Origin: Phoronis australis
Lineage: Eukaryota; Animalia; Phoronida
Direction: 5' to 3'
Length of the DNA stretch: 64,000 bases
NCBI GenBank assembly: GCA_002633005.1
Contig: NMRA01000317.1
Span: forward strand, 237,366 to 301,365
Under the pieces are notes generated by a model. That model did no database searches, was not told the DNA's origin, and was given only the letters and a program-made list of their open reading frames with translations. Of this stretch, positions 50,601 through 62,701 are shown piece after piece. A program made the translations under genes and the position numbers. The number at the start of each line of letters is the position of its first letter. Position 1 is the stretch's first letter.

Positions 50601-53600
50601 GCATGCTCTCTTATGACCCTTGGAATTCTATGTGGATTCTTTTGATGGTATTGAAATCAATCAGAAATGTCTGTAAAACACAACTGTGGCGACATTCTTT
50701 TTAGCGTTACCCCTTCCTTCTCCTTGAACAGAATCGAATGTGTTGATAAATAAAATGTCACTGTGCCAGTATTTCCAATAATAGCTGTGTTCATAAATGA
50801 GAAACGGATTAAAAGACATGACTGTTGACTTCACTTAATGTTGCTGGTGCTTGATTGCAAAACTTCGACTTGGTTGAACACAAATGTTATGCTCGAATAC
50901 ACTGCTTTCACTAGATGCGACACCTGTTTCTCACCATCGACATGTCTCTGGCCATGGAGGACCAAGATCTCAAGCCCAACAGACTACTGTGTTGTTTAAA
51001 GCTACTGGAGAAGTTTATAGATGAGTTCTTCGACCAGAATCCCATCAGTCAAGTGGGAGTGCTTATTACTCGCAACAAGCGTGCAGAAACTGTTACACAG
51101 CTGGGAGGTAAAATTAACTAGTGCTGGTCTGCAGTTGTGTTTAAAAAATAGTGTTGTTACTTAATAACTTTTAAAATTTATGTACAATTTGTTGCTTGCA
51201 CTAATGTCTGTAAAATTTGTCATTATAGAAATACCTGATTGAATAACCAGCAGTCTCTTGTGAGGCAGTGAGTGTGAAATTTTGGCTGGGACATTGAAAA
51301 TATTGAATGTGTAGGGCATTTTGTACCAACTCCCATAGTTCAACAATCTGATGTAGCTATCCAATCATTTTCAGTGGCGGTCATTTTGCTACATATGTTT
51401 GCAAGGTTCCAAGTTTAATATGAAATGGTGGAGAGAGATTCCTAGTGTGATGTTGCCAAAGATTTGTGCCAGAGATCTCTTCATATATTGTTTGTTTCAT
51501 GATTGAATTCTACATTTTATGTTCATTTTGAAGCCATTTGCTATTGACTGTCCGTTATTCTAAAACTTTATGTAACTCTTCCTGCATAATGTTTGTCCTG
51601 CTTTTTATGGCACTTCATAACTCATATTCCAGGTAACCCCAAAAGACACATATCGTCTGTAATGAAACTTTCAGACAAACCGTGTGTTGGTGAACCTTCC
51701 CTTCAGAACTCCCTGGAGCTCGCTCTTCAAACACTGAAGCACATGCCCGCTCACGCCAGCAGGGAAATACTGCTAATCTTTGGCAGTCTGACCACATGTG
51801 ATCCCGGCAACATACACGACACCATTAAAGTAAGGCCACTACTGTAGTGTAGTCAACACTCGTCTTATAAACGCTGCTTTTTACATTGGTGGAGATTGTT
51901 CACCAAGTAGTTGGTGAAGTATTCACTTGGTAGTAGGTGAAGTTTGATCCGAGAAAAACATAGATCTTTACTAGACTACTTTGGAAGTTGACAGCTGTGT
52001 TTTATCAGCCACTGCTGATCAAGATCGACTTGCACCGCCAAATGGCACAAGAGGTTCAAAAATTGTCAAAAGAAATGTATCTGTCAGTTCTCAAGTATAA
52101 AGAATATTCTATGATTTTCTAGCTTTTTACTGTTGAAGTGACATATTTTTGGAACATAGTAGAGAACAAATGTTGCATCTCCGTGTATGGTGTCAAAAAT
52201 TTTTCTTTCTCCGTTTGTAACAGGAAACTTTATCTATACATTTTTGTCTGTAGTGAATATACACATGATAGAATGAACATTTTTGTATTCTCAAGTCAAC
52301 ACAAAGCTGTGGAACAAGTTGTTAGTGGCTATTTTTTGTGAATGTAGACATCTTTGATGTTTGCATTTAGTGGAGATTCTCATTTTGTGTAAAAACTAAA
52401 AATGGAAATTCAAAAAATCTTTTTCATGGAATTTGAGGTTGAGAACAGAATTAACATATTTTAATATTTTTGGAGTTCAAAGAACAAGACTAATCCATCC
52501 AATTCAACTGTTCTGGCCATAAATCAACTACACTTTTGCCGCAGAGATGTTCAGGTAGTTGTTCATTCTTTCTAAAGGTGACACTTTTTTCCGGTTTTGA
52601 AAAACAATAAACATGACGTGCAGGATTTTAAAACAAAACAGAGCTGCAACATAATTCAGTGGAAAAGTAAACGCAACCTCCAGATCATTTTTATTAATCA
52701 CTTTGACGCCGTGCAATGGAAGTTTCTAATTTACAAAAATGGTCTTTATTACAGAAATTAATTGTTTGATTGAAAAAAGCAGAATTTTATATTTGCTAAA
52801 ATGGGTTTCTCTGTTTTTGATATGGTGTTGCTTTGCCATTAGAGATGCCATTCTGTGAGAGAAAGAGAGTTTTAGATTGCTGCTATCCTCAGTTAAACAA
52901 CTGTGTTCTATTTCTCTTTAGATTCGAAAAACAGCTTCCGAAAAACAGCTTCCGAAAAAGTACCACCGGTTACAAACGTAATACAAAAATGTTAGGCTAA
53001 GCAATTGTGTGTGTAGAAGTGGTATGGTGTGCTATTGCAGATGAACTGTTGATGGCATCTGTTTGTTTCAGAATCTCCAAGACAACAATGTTCGCTGCTC
53101 TGTGATAGGTCTGTCCGCTGAAGTCAGTGTGTGCAAACACCTGTGTAAACAAACTAACGGTGAGATGTTTTCAGATACACATAAAAATAGCCTGATCCTC
53201 TAACTAAAAATTTACTTTAGTTTGCGTAATGTTTCGGAAATGGCAAAAGTTCTTTCCAAATTTTGTCAGCACTCTTCGATATTAACTAGTGCCTTTTACC
53301 CAAGGGCACTTTTCAGCCTCGTTTTTGTGTCGTTGGTTTTCATATGTTAATACAACACTGGTCTGTGTTTTAACAGTCATAAAGTTATATTGGTTGTTAC
53401 AGTGCAAGAAATGTGTTATTGTTGTGCCGTAGGTTGCAATGACTAAGCGAGAGAGTTTGTGGAACTCGTTCTTGCATGGCCTATCATTCTTTACGCTTCC
53501 CACTCAGAAACTTCCCACTGCTGAGTGAACCGCTGTTGTCTAGTACCAATTTTCTTCCTCACAGTCACTGCCTGGAAGAAAATATTTTGGGATGTATCAA

Positions 53601-56600
53601 TTGGTCAATAGCTTGGTTTTGTTTGGTGTGGCATCTATTGGCCACTACCTGGTTTTACTGAATATTAAATTATCAGCCAATAATGTCAACTAGAGAGATA
53701 GCAACACACGACTGATAGTTGTCACTCCTAAGAAATATCATGGTGACTTGTATTATGTTTTCAGGCCAGTACAGTGTGATAATAGATGAGAACCACTTCA
53801 AAGATCTGCTGAACACTCACGTTACCCCACCACCGGCTCTGGTATGTGTTGACCAGTGGTCAAATAGGAATCTATGCCTAATCTCTTTCTATGCATGTTG
53901 AAAAGCTTGAAAGCAGTGGAAGAAGTCTTATTAGTATTCATGGGCAGTACTTGTCAGTTGTCCAAGGCTAGAAATGTTGGTGCTGATAAATGGATGTTTT
54001 AGTAAAAATAAGAGAATCTTTATTTGTAAAACAGTAACCTTTTTGAGAGCTGGATGCACCGTGAACGTGTTTGGTTAGCTAATTTTGTCAGTGGTGACAT
54101 TTTGTGATTTCCTCACTAATTACACTATGCACTTAAAAGTAATCGGAATCCAATGTCAAAGTAGCTGTCCGTCTTGACCAGCAGTGACGTGAAATTTACT
54201 AGAAAGTTTACAAAGTGGAAACGCTATTCTATAATTTGTTGCTGCGGTGGCAAGCCTTGGACAGATATTTGCGCTTAAGTGGAATTTAAGTGGTTCCAAA
54301 CCCGCCGTCTGACACAAAAGATGACTTTCAATTTAGACCACTAGCCATTGTGAAATTGGCCTCAAAATTTTTCCTTAGTCTAAATAGATGTGATTTCAGT
54401 CTGGGCTTTGAAAATGATAGTTCATTGCTTGATATCAGGCTCTGCAAGTTGGCTTGTCACAATGTGTCATTTAATTTACTAAGCATGGTCTCGAGCAATA
54501 ACGAACTCTCAGCTCTCGGCAAGTCTAAAAATCTCCTCTCGCTTTAGTAAGGAGCAAGTTGAGACCAATTTATTGCAGTGAATGATCTAATTGAAAAGTT
54601 AGTCACTTTAATGGAATGCAGGTTTTTAGCAGTTTAATTGTCATTACAAGGAAATCTCATTTTATCTTTTTACTTTTGTCTCTGTTTACAGTCCAACATG
54701 GAGTCCTCATTAATTCGTATGGGATTTCCACACCACCAACTGTTGGCTGGAGAAGGACAGATGGATAGGCCTTCTATGTGCATGTGGTTAGTTATAGTAT
54801 TGGAGTTACTACTGAAACGAAACAGCAATAAAACTTGTTTATGTAATATGGAAGTTCTTCACTTATTTAGCACACAATTTGGCAGAAAGATGGATTTTTT
54901 TAATCAAATTTCTTAGTGAAAATGTGGAATGGGATTGGTACAAACCATGTTTTAGTCTCAAAGACGTGCATTTTCGCTATCAAAGGAATGTCATTGTGTT
55001 TTCTGAGTTAGAAACAGAATAAGACTGATTTCGTAACTAACTGGTTTAAATGGAGTGAATTTTGACAGACGATGCAGGTTTGTTGCACAGTAAGAAAATT
55101 TGACATTATTAAGAACATATGTTGTACTGTGTTGTTATCACAAAACAACACTTGATAAATTGAGGCGTGTTTTGTAGCACTTCAGTTTGCATTATATACA
55201 TGCATGTTTACTTGTATGAAAGACCTCTGGCCCAAAGTATTTCAACAGCCAATTTATAGGGGCACATATAGAGTCAATATATTCTTGTTTTCTATAGGCA
55301 ATCTACATTTAAAACTCAACAAATTGTCATTTTTGTGTGAATTAAGTGTAAGTCAGCACTGAAGTTGTAGCATAATTTAACACGCACAAAGCTCCACTGG
55401 ATGGTTGTTCTTGTTCATGCACTTGGCTCATCAGATTTTCAAATCTTGCAATCCCTTGATTTAATTTCTCGATCCACTTGGGGTATGACTCGTGCAAGAT
55501 TTACTGCATTCCAAGTTTGTTTTTTAGTTGATATGTATAAACGCGAGTGTTTATTAGTTATTTTTAGGTCAATTTTTACATGCTTGGAGCAGGTCTAAGC
55601 TCGTGCACGAGCTTGTGGCCTTTTTGTTGTTTATGCGTTTGATTTCTGTTTCAGTCATCTAGACAGCAAAACTAGCCAGGGATTTAGTACAAGTGGTTAT
55701 TTTTGTCCTCAGTGCAAAAGCAAGTACTGTGAACTGCCTGTGGAATGTAGAGCATGTGGTGGGTATTGCTGTTGTATTTATAGTGTTACAAGTAACATTA
55801 ACAGCCAAATATTTAGTCAAATACAAGTGTCTGCTCAACTCATCACCTTTGGAACCGGAAAAAGCGACGACTTATCCGTTTTGATGATTTAAGTGCAGTG
55901 TACATGTACTGACATAGCAATAGTGGCCGGGTATGTCAATTTCCACATCATCGATTTCTGATGATAAGAATGTGTTGTTGGGGACTGTTCCAATAGTTGA
56001 AACTTTAAAATTCTTTTTTTAGTGACACGAAGTCTGACTTTGAGTGACAGCTCTTTGCAGCATTTCTTGTTACGAGCGCTACTTAGCACAAAGTACTGTT
56101 GTCACGATCACACTTGCCATGAATACATGACTTTATATGTGAAAAAATTTGCATGCAAAAATGCCAAGACAGATGACACTTTTGAATGACGAGTTAATTG
56201 AAAACGACGACTTGTAAACAATGACTTTACTGCCAATTTTTACATGTGAATGAATGGGCGTGTCATCGGGACCAAGAGAAAATGACGAGTTATGGTGATT
56301 AATGATGAGTCAGTGACGGTTGTATCCACATAAATTCAGAATTAAAAAGGTCATTTCTTATGTATTCATGGCCTAACAATGGAAGTCGGAATCAATGACA
56401 TGCCCAAATTGCTGTTGCTCTCATAATTTATGGTCAACGTTACATAGGAATCTTTTTTGTTGGAAATTGACCTATCGCAAGCTCCGTCCTCTTGCATAAT
56501 GTCGACTATCAAACAATAAGTTTTACCTGCCAGCGTGTTGTTTGTCGGGTAAAATGACGTCTTGGAAACGAAGGTGTGTCAAGAATGATCCATTCTGATT

Positions 56601-58486
56601 GGTCAGTTAAGCCGTCACTCAAAGTCCTGGCGATAGGTCAGTTGATGTGCAGTGCTATAAAAGGGCGAAAATATATCATGCCGTAACACGAGTTAACACT
56701 GTGCTAGGCCAGATCTTACATCTTGTTACCATGTGATCCAGTTTGTATGTGTCCTATTTTCCCATTTCTCCTGTTTTGATTTTTGTGTCAACGTCACAGG
56801 TGTTCGGCTCTTATCGCCTTTTCCCATGTGATACAGTTATCGCCAGATTGATCCAATAGTTGGCTCATCTGTTTGGGTATTTTGTTATATTTGATCTTAG
56901 TATCACCTCCAGATGCAACTATATTTTATCATATTTTACTATTTTGTACAGTTGTTATGACACGTCTATTGTGTTATTCCATCAGGTTTAACCTTGGTGT
57001 CGGCTCCACACCTGGCCAGATCCTACCATCATCTCTTCCCATGTGATCCGTTTAAAGAGGAAGAGCGAGACCTTTCTAGTCAACACCACTGCTGTTTCTC
57101 ATGTCAAAAAAGCATCAAAGAAAATACTGTAAGTTACCATTATTTTGTGTTGTTTTTTGTTTATTGAAAATGACGCATCAAAAGAGAACTCCTTGTGAAA
57201 GCTAATGATTAAATTGTTCAATGTAATGTTGAAATCTTTTTATGCAAGAGTCTGTGGAGACAAAATACACATTTGACTGCATTTAAATGTAACTAAATGC
57301 AGGAGCTGCTATGTATCATAACTTTTGGATTTAGACCAATTAACTTTCCTGGTCTCAATCTGTTCCTCTGCTGTGATTATTTGGTTTTGGATGCACTGCC
57401 AGTTTGTTGCTCTGTGCAAAACGGGATTTTTCTGGTCTGTTGGTGATTTCTAAAAGAGCCCCACCAACACAAAGCACCCATGGTGGCTCTTTCAGAAACA
57501 AAGAACTGAAAAAGTCCTCATGTGGGCTGTTTCAGGATTATCTTGCAATTCTGGCTCGGGACAACTGTAAAAGAAATGTGGGTGATTGATTGTTTTCTTA
57601 AATGTTGGTCCTTATAAGGGTTGTGTAAATATTTCTAGTTTATTAATGACTTGACAATGGAGGCATCATCGGATTACTTCTAGTCAAAGTGCTGATTAAG
57701 TGAAATCTAGTATTTCAAGTTAACCAAAGTTACAATCAAGGTAGTAGAAAAAAATTACTGACTCTAATGCCAACACCATGGCTTGAATTTCCTTATTTAA
57801 AGTACAGTCACTTCCAGCACTTAAAAGCCCATGGAGGGCACAATACAAGTTTCTGAAAAAACACCACCATTTTTCTAAAAGAGACCCCTGAAGGCTTTTT
57901 TGGATGTAAAATCTTTTTGGGAAAATGTACGTTTCCAAAAGTGCCCGATAGCCTTCATGAGGCTGGTTTCTAGCAATAAGGAACTAACAGTTTTGTCTGA
58001 AGCACAGAAAATACAGTTAAAGTCTCACCAATATAGGACATCATATGGCCGACTATGTAGTGAACATGTACCACCTAATTAAATGATTTTACGTATTCAG
58101 GTTTTGTACTGAGTTGAAAAGTTGTATGCGTCACAATAATGTTAGCAGCCATTGAAAAATAAGAAGGCATTTTTGGCAATTATTTTTCTCAGAATTTTGC
58201 GAGATTTTACCATCATATTCTGATTCAGGAAGAATTAAGACCATTAAGGAACCCGTTTTGATGGCAAGTGGTCTAAACATTTGAAAATCGGTCCCTACAA
58301 GCTTCAATTAAGTGTATCGGTATTAACAGTGTGCTATAACGCGAGTTCTTTTTCTGATTTCAGCTATGTAAATGCACCCATTGTGAACACATTTTCTGCA
58401 TAGATTGTGATTTATTTATCCACGAGACCTTACATTCCTGTCCTGGGTGTGCTTGTAAAAGAAAACAACCAACTGCCGTGTCATGA
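47641..58486 (+). CDS. GTF2H2: TFIIH subunit p44. Exons 47641-47699, 50213-50327, 50915-51107, 51633-51829, 53072-53159, 53765-53841, 54692-54786, 55655-55758, 56986-57128, 58364-58486
   Basis: [67 protein letters not shown] (vWA domain); [36 protein letters not shown]; C-terminal [19 protein letters not shown]. All junctions GT-AG and in phase. Confidence 0.97.
49185..49290 (-). mobile_element. Decayed tRNA-like repeat of the same family (solo LTR-like)
   Basis: Minus strand CTTCCCTAAATCGCT..GTTGCCTTTTGGTCAAACGGTTTGG...GTTCGAATCTCC; shares CTAAATCGCT and the A/B-box layout with 5905-6005. Confidence 0.5.
56465..56643. mobile_element. MITE with AATTGACCTATCG terminal inverted repeats (copy 2, inverted)
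   Basis: Interior is the reverse complement of 38347-38516 (e.g. GGTGTGTCAAGAATGAT, TGGTCAGTTAAGCCGTC). Confidence 0.85.
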
Positions 58487-59666
58487 CAGTAATGATATAC
58501 TAGATGTATACCTCAACTCAGCTGACTAGCCTCGTTGGTTATCGCGGACGTCACTTGTACATTTGCACCTACTATGTGCATGTTGTTAATGATATTGAAT
58601 TTTGGCCATATTTTGAGGATAACAAATTGTATAACGGTCACTGTTATCACACCAATTTAATCACAATCGTTGTTCTCCACAACCTGCTTCAAGTCGCCAT
58701 TGCGTCGAGTTTGAATTTTGCTGTAGTGAGTTTGGCCGACTTGCATCGAGTTATAAATATTGGGTGATTAATCATTTTTTAAGCAAATTAAGACATTTTG
58801 GAATTCTGGTACAATTTCAATGCATTTATTCCAAGACTTACCTCACAAACTCCTTGCAATAAGGACGTGGACTTTCTTACACGTACATCAACTTTATTAT
58901 TCCAGTCGAGTTTGAAAGTCCTGTTGTGGAGAACACTGACAATGTCACCAGGAAGTTAATAATACACTATTGTTTAATGGCAATAGATTGTGTCATTATG
59001 AAGGTAGTAGTATTGATATTGTTTAATGGGATAAGAATGTCTCAGCATTTTACTTAAACTTTGATGATGGTCATGGTAAGACATGACTTTTGACTTAGCC
59101 AGCATGCAGCGCACGAATATACAAGGAGTTTGAGCGAACATCCATTAACTTAGAAGCAATAGACAGGACTGTCGTGCAATAAACTGTATACAAGAGGACT
59201 GCTACCATGTAACTATTGTGTTATAGTTAGTTGAAGGTCCCAAAACACTTTCTATTTGCTGGTTTATGTGGTAATTATACGAGTGGCTTGTAGTCAGATG
59301 TAACGCTACACGATCCAGTGTAGGTATCATGCCATTTTTGTACCGTTAGATTAAGACTCGTTGATTTGGTGTACAGATTTTTCCGAAGTTGTGCTATGTT
59401 AACAAAGGCGAACAATAGTTGTGTCAGTCGACACAAACACGTTTCAGGTAAAAATTAACTTTATAATCAACTTTTTTGTACGTTTTCGTAACAGTGTAAC
59501 AATAAAAGTTATAAATTCGAAAGTGGTGTTTTCCTCTTTAAACTATTAACCTTTAACATATACAATTCATAAAAGTTTACAAACACCTTTACAAATACTT
59601 ATAAATACATTTTGGATTCACTGAAACAAAGATACACAGGTTCCCTTTCATCTTTTTGTGTAATAA

Positions 59667-60950
59667 TTACACGTCAAGTATCTCGAATAATTTTTTCACA
59701 GGAGTAACAATATGTCTTACAAGCGACCTTAGCCAGCTGTCATTGGAAGCATTCTTATCATCCTTCTGAACCATCTTGTGTAGTTTACGGTCTTCCTCCA
59801 TTTCATTTTCTTCCACAAGGTGGCGGTCCAGTTGAACATGAACTGGGGGCCTGGCACTATTTTTCTTGTGAGACTTGAACACGACTGACTTGTACCGTCT
59901 ATGCTGGTATTTATTTTCCGCGTTGACGGCAGGAGACTCTCCCACACGCTGGTTTCCTGGAAATTTAATCAGCCTGGTTTTGGATTCATTGTGCTTCACA
60001 CTTGGTGAATGTGTAGACAGTAGCTGAATACCACTCGACTCTTCTTTACGCAAACATTGTTTCTTAGAAGAGGGACCTTTACCTCTACCTGCATCTTTTC
60101 TCTTCACTCCACGGTACACATCACTAAATTTTCGTAGAGGAGTAAGCTCATTTTCTGGGGTTGGTCTTCGAAGTGCATTGCCAGCAGTGGTATCTGCATA
60201 GCTCATCCCCTGTGAACCTCCCTGCCTCGGATTGTCAAAGCAGTTGTTTCTTTCTGCTGAAACTAAAGCAAGCGCTTCACTAAAACACAAACCAGGCTTT
60301 TTAAACGTGTTCGCAGGATCTGTGTATTTCATTCTCGGTGTGGCATCTTGCACGGTTCTCTTCATGGTTGGTGTTGCGATGCCAATGACACTTCTGGGTT
60401 TAGTTTGGTACTGTCCATTCACAAAGGACCACTTACCAGGTTCCAGAACTCTTACTGGGACACTTGGTGATTTGGTCCAGTGATATTTTCTTTCTGTTTT
60501 GTACCTCGACGAACACGGAGATGGTGCAACCACACAGCGAGACCGGTCACTGCAGGTTACAAAGTGCCTAGCTTGCTTGTTACGTGGAGTTTCCTTATTC
60601 AAACTGTTGCTGGGTGCAGGATTTCTGTTTGTTACAGAAACATTCTTATACACGTCTAACACATACATGTGAGAGTGAACTTGCATCGGTCGGTCATATT
60701 TTAGGAACTCGTAATGTTCGACTTCATCCCAAGCAGCAGTATGAATATAAATAATAAAATGCCTTGTAGAAACTGGATGAAATGACTCCATTGTAACGAC
60801 AGCTCTGATGACTTGAACCAAATCATGATGATCGCTGTCGGAAAGCTGATCAGTGGAAATATGGAAGTTGAGTTTAACTTTAAAGACTGTCGCTCCTATT
60901 GTTAATACAAAAGTGTTTCTGCATTTAAAATCCAAACATAGATAAGCCAT
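59667..60950 (-). CDS. MAJIN: Membrane-anchored junction protein homologue (meiotic TERB1-TERB2-MAJIN telomere complex); single coding exon, 427 aa
   Basis: The first ~105 aa align co-linearly with the MAJIN core as I recall it: NTFVLTIGATVFKVKLNF vs ETRFLHAGPNVYKFKIRY; DLVQVIRAVV..FHPVSTRHFIIY..WDEVEHYEF vs ELEDSVRVVL..LQPFATEHFIVF..WERVSHLKF. A basic disordered linker and a C-terminal amphipathic helix (WLRSLVRHIVTPVKKLF) follow. TTTTCAG acceptor 16 nt upstream of the ATG. Confidence 0.8.
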   Translation of the reverse strand: MAYLCLDFKCRNTFVLTIGATVFKVKLNFHISTDQLSDSDHHDLVQVIRAVVTMESFHPVSTRHFIIYIHTAAWDEVEHYEFLKYDRPMQVHSHMYVLDVYKNVSVTNRNPAPSNSLNKETPRNKQARHFVTCSDRSRCVVAPSPCSSRYKTERKYHWTKSPSVPVRVLEPGKWSFVNGQYQTKPRSVIGIATPTMKRTVQDATPRMKYTDPANTFKKPGLCFSEALALVSAERNNCFDNPRQGGSQGMSYADTTAGNALRRPTPENELTPLRKFSDVYRGVKRKDAGRGKGPSSKKQCLRKEESSGIQLLSTHSPSVKHNESKTRLIKFPGNQRVGESPAVNAENKYQHRRYKSVVFKSHKKNSARPPVHVQLDRHLVEENEMEEDRKLHKMVQKDDKNASNDSWLRSLVRHIVTPVKKLFEILDV

Positions 60951-61752
60951 TCCTTACAGTCCATTCCTGAAAATAAGGATTGTGTTAATCATATATGTAT
61001 ATTGACAACAGATTAGGTTGAACAAGCTTGCATTTGTAATGATGTACTGTTCAACTTAATACATGATTTCCCCCAGTCTCTGAAATGGTGTTCTATACTT
61101 GTGTCTCAAGCGATTGATGACCTTAACTGAAGTAAAAGCAACATCAGGGTTAGAATCAGAGGGATAAAATGTCATTAATCCTCAAACCACACAGTTCCGT
61201 AACAAGAACAGAAATAAAACATAAAAGTCCCTGTCAGTAATTTTACAAAATGGTAATTTACCATAATAGTTGCTCAGGGAGTTGCATAGACATCAGACTT
61301 TCTGTGGCGGGGTCCTGGATGTCTCAATTTTGGAGCCAAATATCGGATCCATTCCCCTCCATTAGTCAAAACTTATGCCAAAAAGATTTGCATGCAAGTG
61401 AATGGGAAAGCCTGCACCATTCACCCCAGAGTGTCCAGCGAAGTCCTCGGTTCATCAAAGGCTTGATGGTACCGTCACGGATTGAAGTGAGCTAATCTCT
61501 ATTGATGGGCTTGGCTGAAGGTGCTGCATGAGATAATTGCGGTCGCAAGCCAACACACTTGTTTAGCGTACAAGTTTCAAAGTAAAAAACCAGACAACAA
61601 GTAAGGTAAAAGACCAGCATGTCTTTTTGAATTGAAAAGAAAACATTAGACATCTTTCAAAATTTTAAAATCTAGGCATTATAAGAGAAATTAGCGAATA
61701 GATTGTCTTTTCTTCAGCACCACAGCTAAGCAACTAGCATTAATGTGTGAAA

Positions 61753-61977
61753 CGGAGGCGGATCTACGGGAGGGGCTTAACCCCCCCACTGGGACAGGAT
61801 CAAAATTACAAATTAAAAAAAAACGTCACCAGGAAAACGAAATCAGCTACAAAAACCAATTCTTACATGGGAGGGGTTTAACCCCCTACCAACCTTCCCC
61901 CACTCAGCGCTACGCGCCTAGGATTTGTGTGAATCCTCAGTAAACCCACCCTTACTGAAAACGTAGATCTGCCACTG
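61753..61977. mobile_element. MITE of the CAGTGGCGGATCTA type (copy 1)
   Basis: Ends CGGAGGCGGATCTACG...CGTAGATCTGCCACTG; a homologous inverted copy lies at 62466-62701. Confidence 0.8.
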
Positions 61978-62465
61978 TCGATTGTGACTGGTTAGTCAGT
62001 CTGGCTTAGGCTCACTTAGGCGTTGGGGTAACAAAACCCTAAATGTTAGCTTATGATTTGTCTCATGTGTTGAAAAATATTTTAAAATCATAGTGCAATT
62101 CCCCTCGTCAGGCTGATGGAATAGTCTGACCCTTATTCGAAGGTAAACGAGTTAAGTACTTTTTGGTAATTAAAATTAGACTCAGACACGTAAAAAATAA
62201 AAGTGGCAAATTTTGAGGGTGAGCGGTCAGCTAAGTATGGGCATTAACCCAGACAAGTACGGTAATATTACTGTAGTTTGGCCACTAATGATTTGTTCGT
62301 TTTCGATACTGTCTTGATTTTTTTGTTCAATTATAAATGCAGTTAAACTCACATTCCACTGACAGTAACAAGTTTTAGCGTAGTGAGGATAAATGACGTA
62401 ACATCTCCTGGCATGCAATATTAAAAATGGGCAGTTGCCGATTTGGACAATTGAACAAAGGAGTA

Positions 62466-62701
62466 CAGCGGCAGATCTACCTTTTCAGTAAGGGCGGGTT
62501 TAGGATTTGAGTTAATCCGAGGCGCGTACACCGAGCGGAAGGAACGTCGGGAGGGGGTTTCCCCCATCCCGTGTAGGATTTTTTGTGGATTTTCATAGCT
62601 GATTTCATTTTTGTGGTAAAATTTTTTTCAATTTTTATTTTTGATCCTGTCCCGAGGGGGGGGGGTTTGAATTCCCTGAACCCCCTGTAGATCCGCCTCT
62701 G
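62466..62701. mobile_element. MITE of the CAGTGGCGGATCTA type (copy 2, inverted)
   Basis: Ends CAGCGGCAGATCTAC...GTAGATCCGCCTCTG; interior TTTTGATCCTGTCCC and TAGCTGATTTC are reverse complements of copy 1. Confidence 0.8.
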
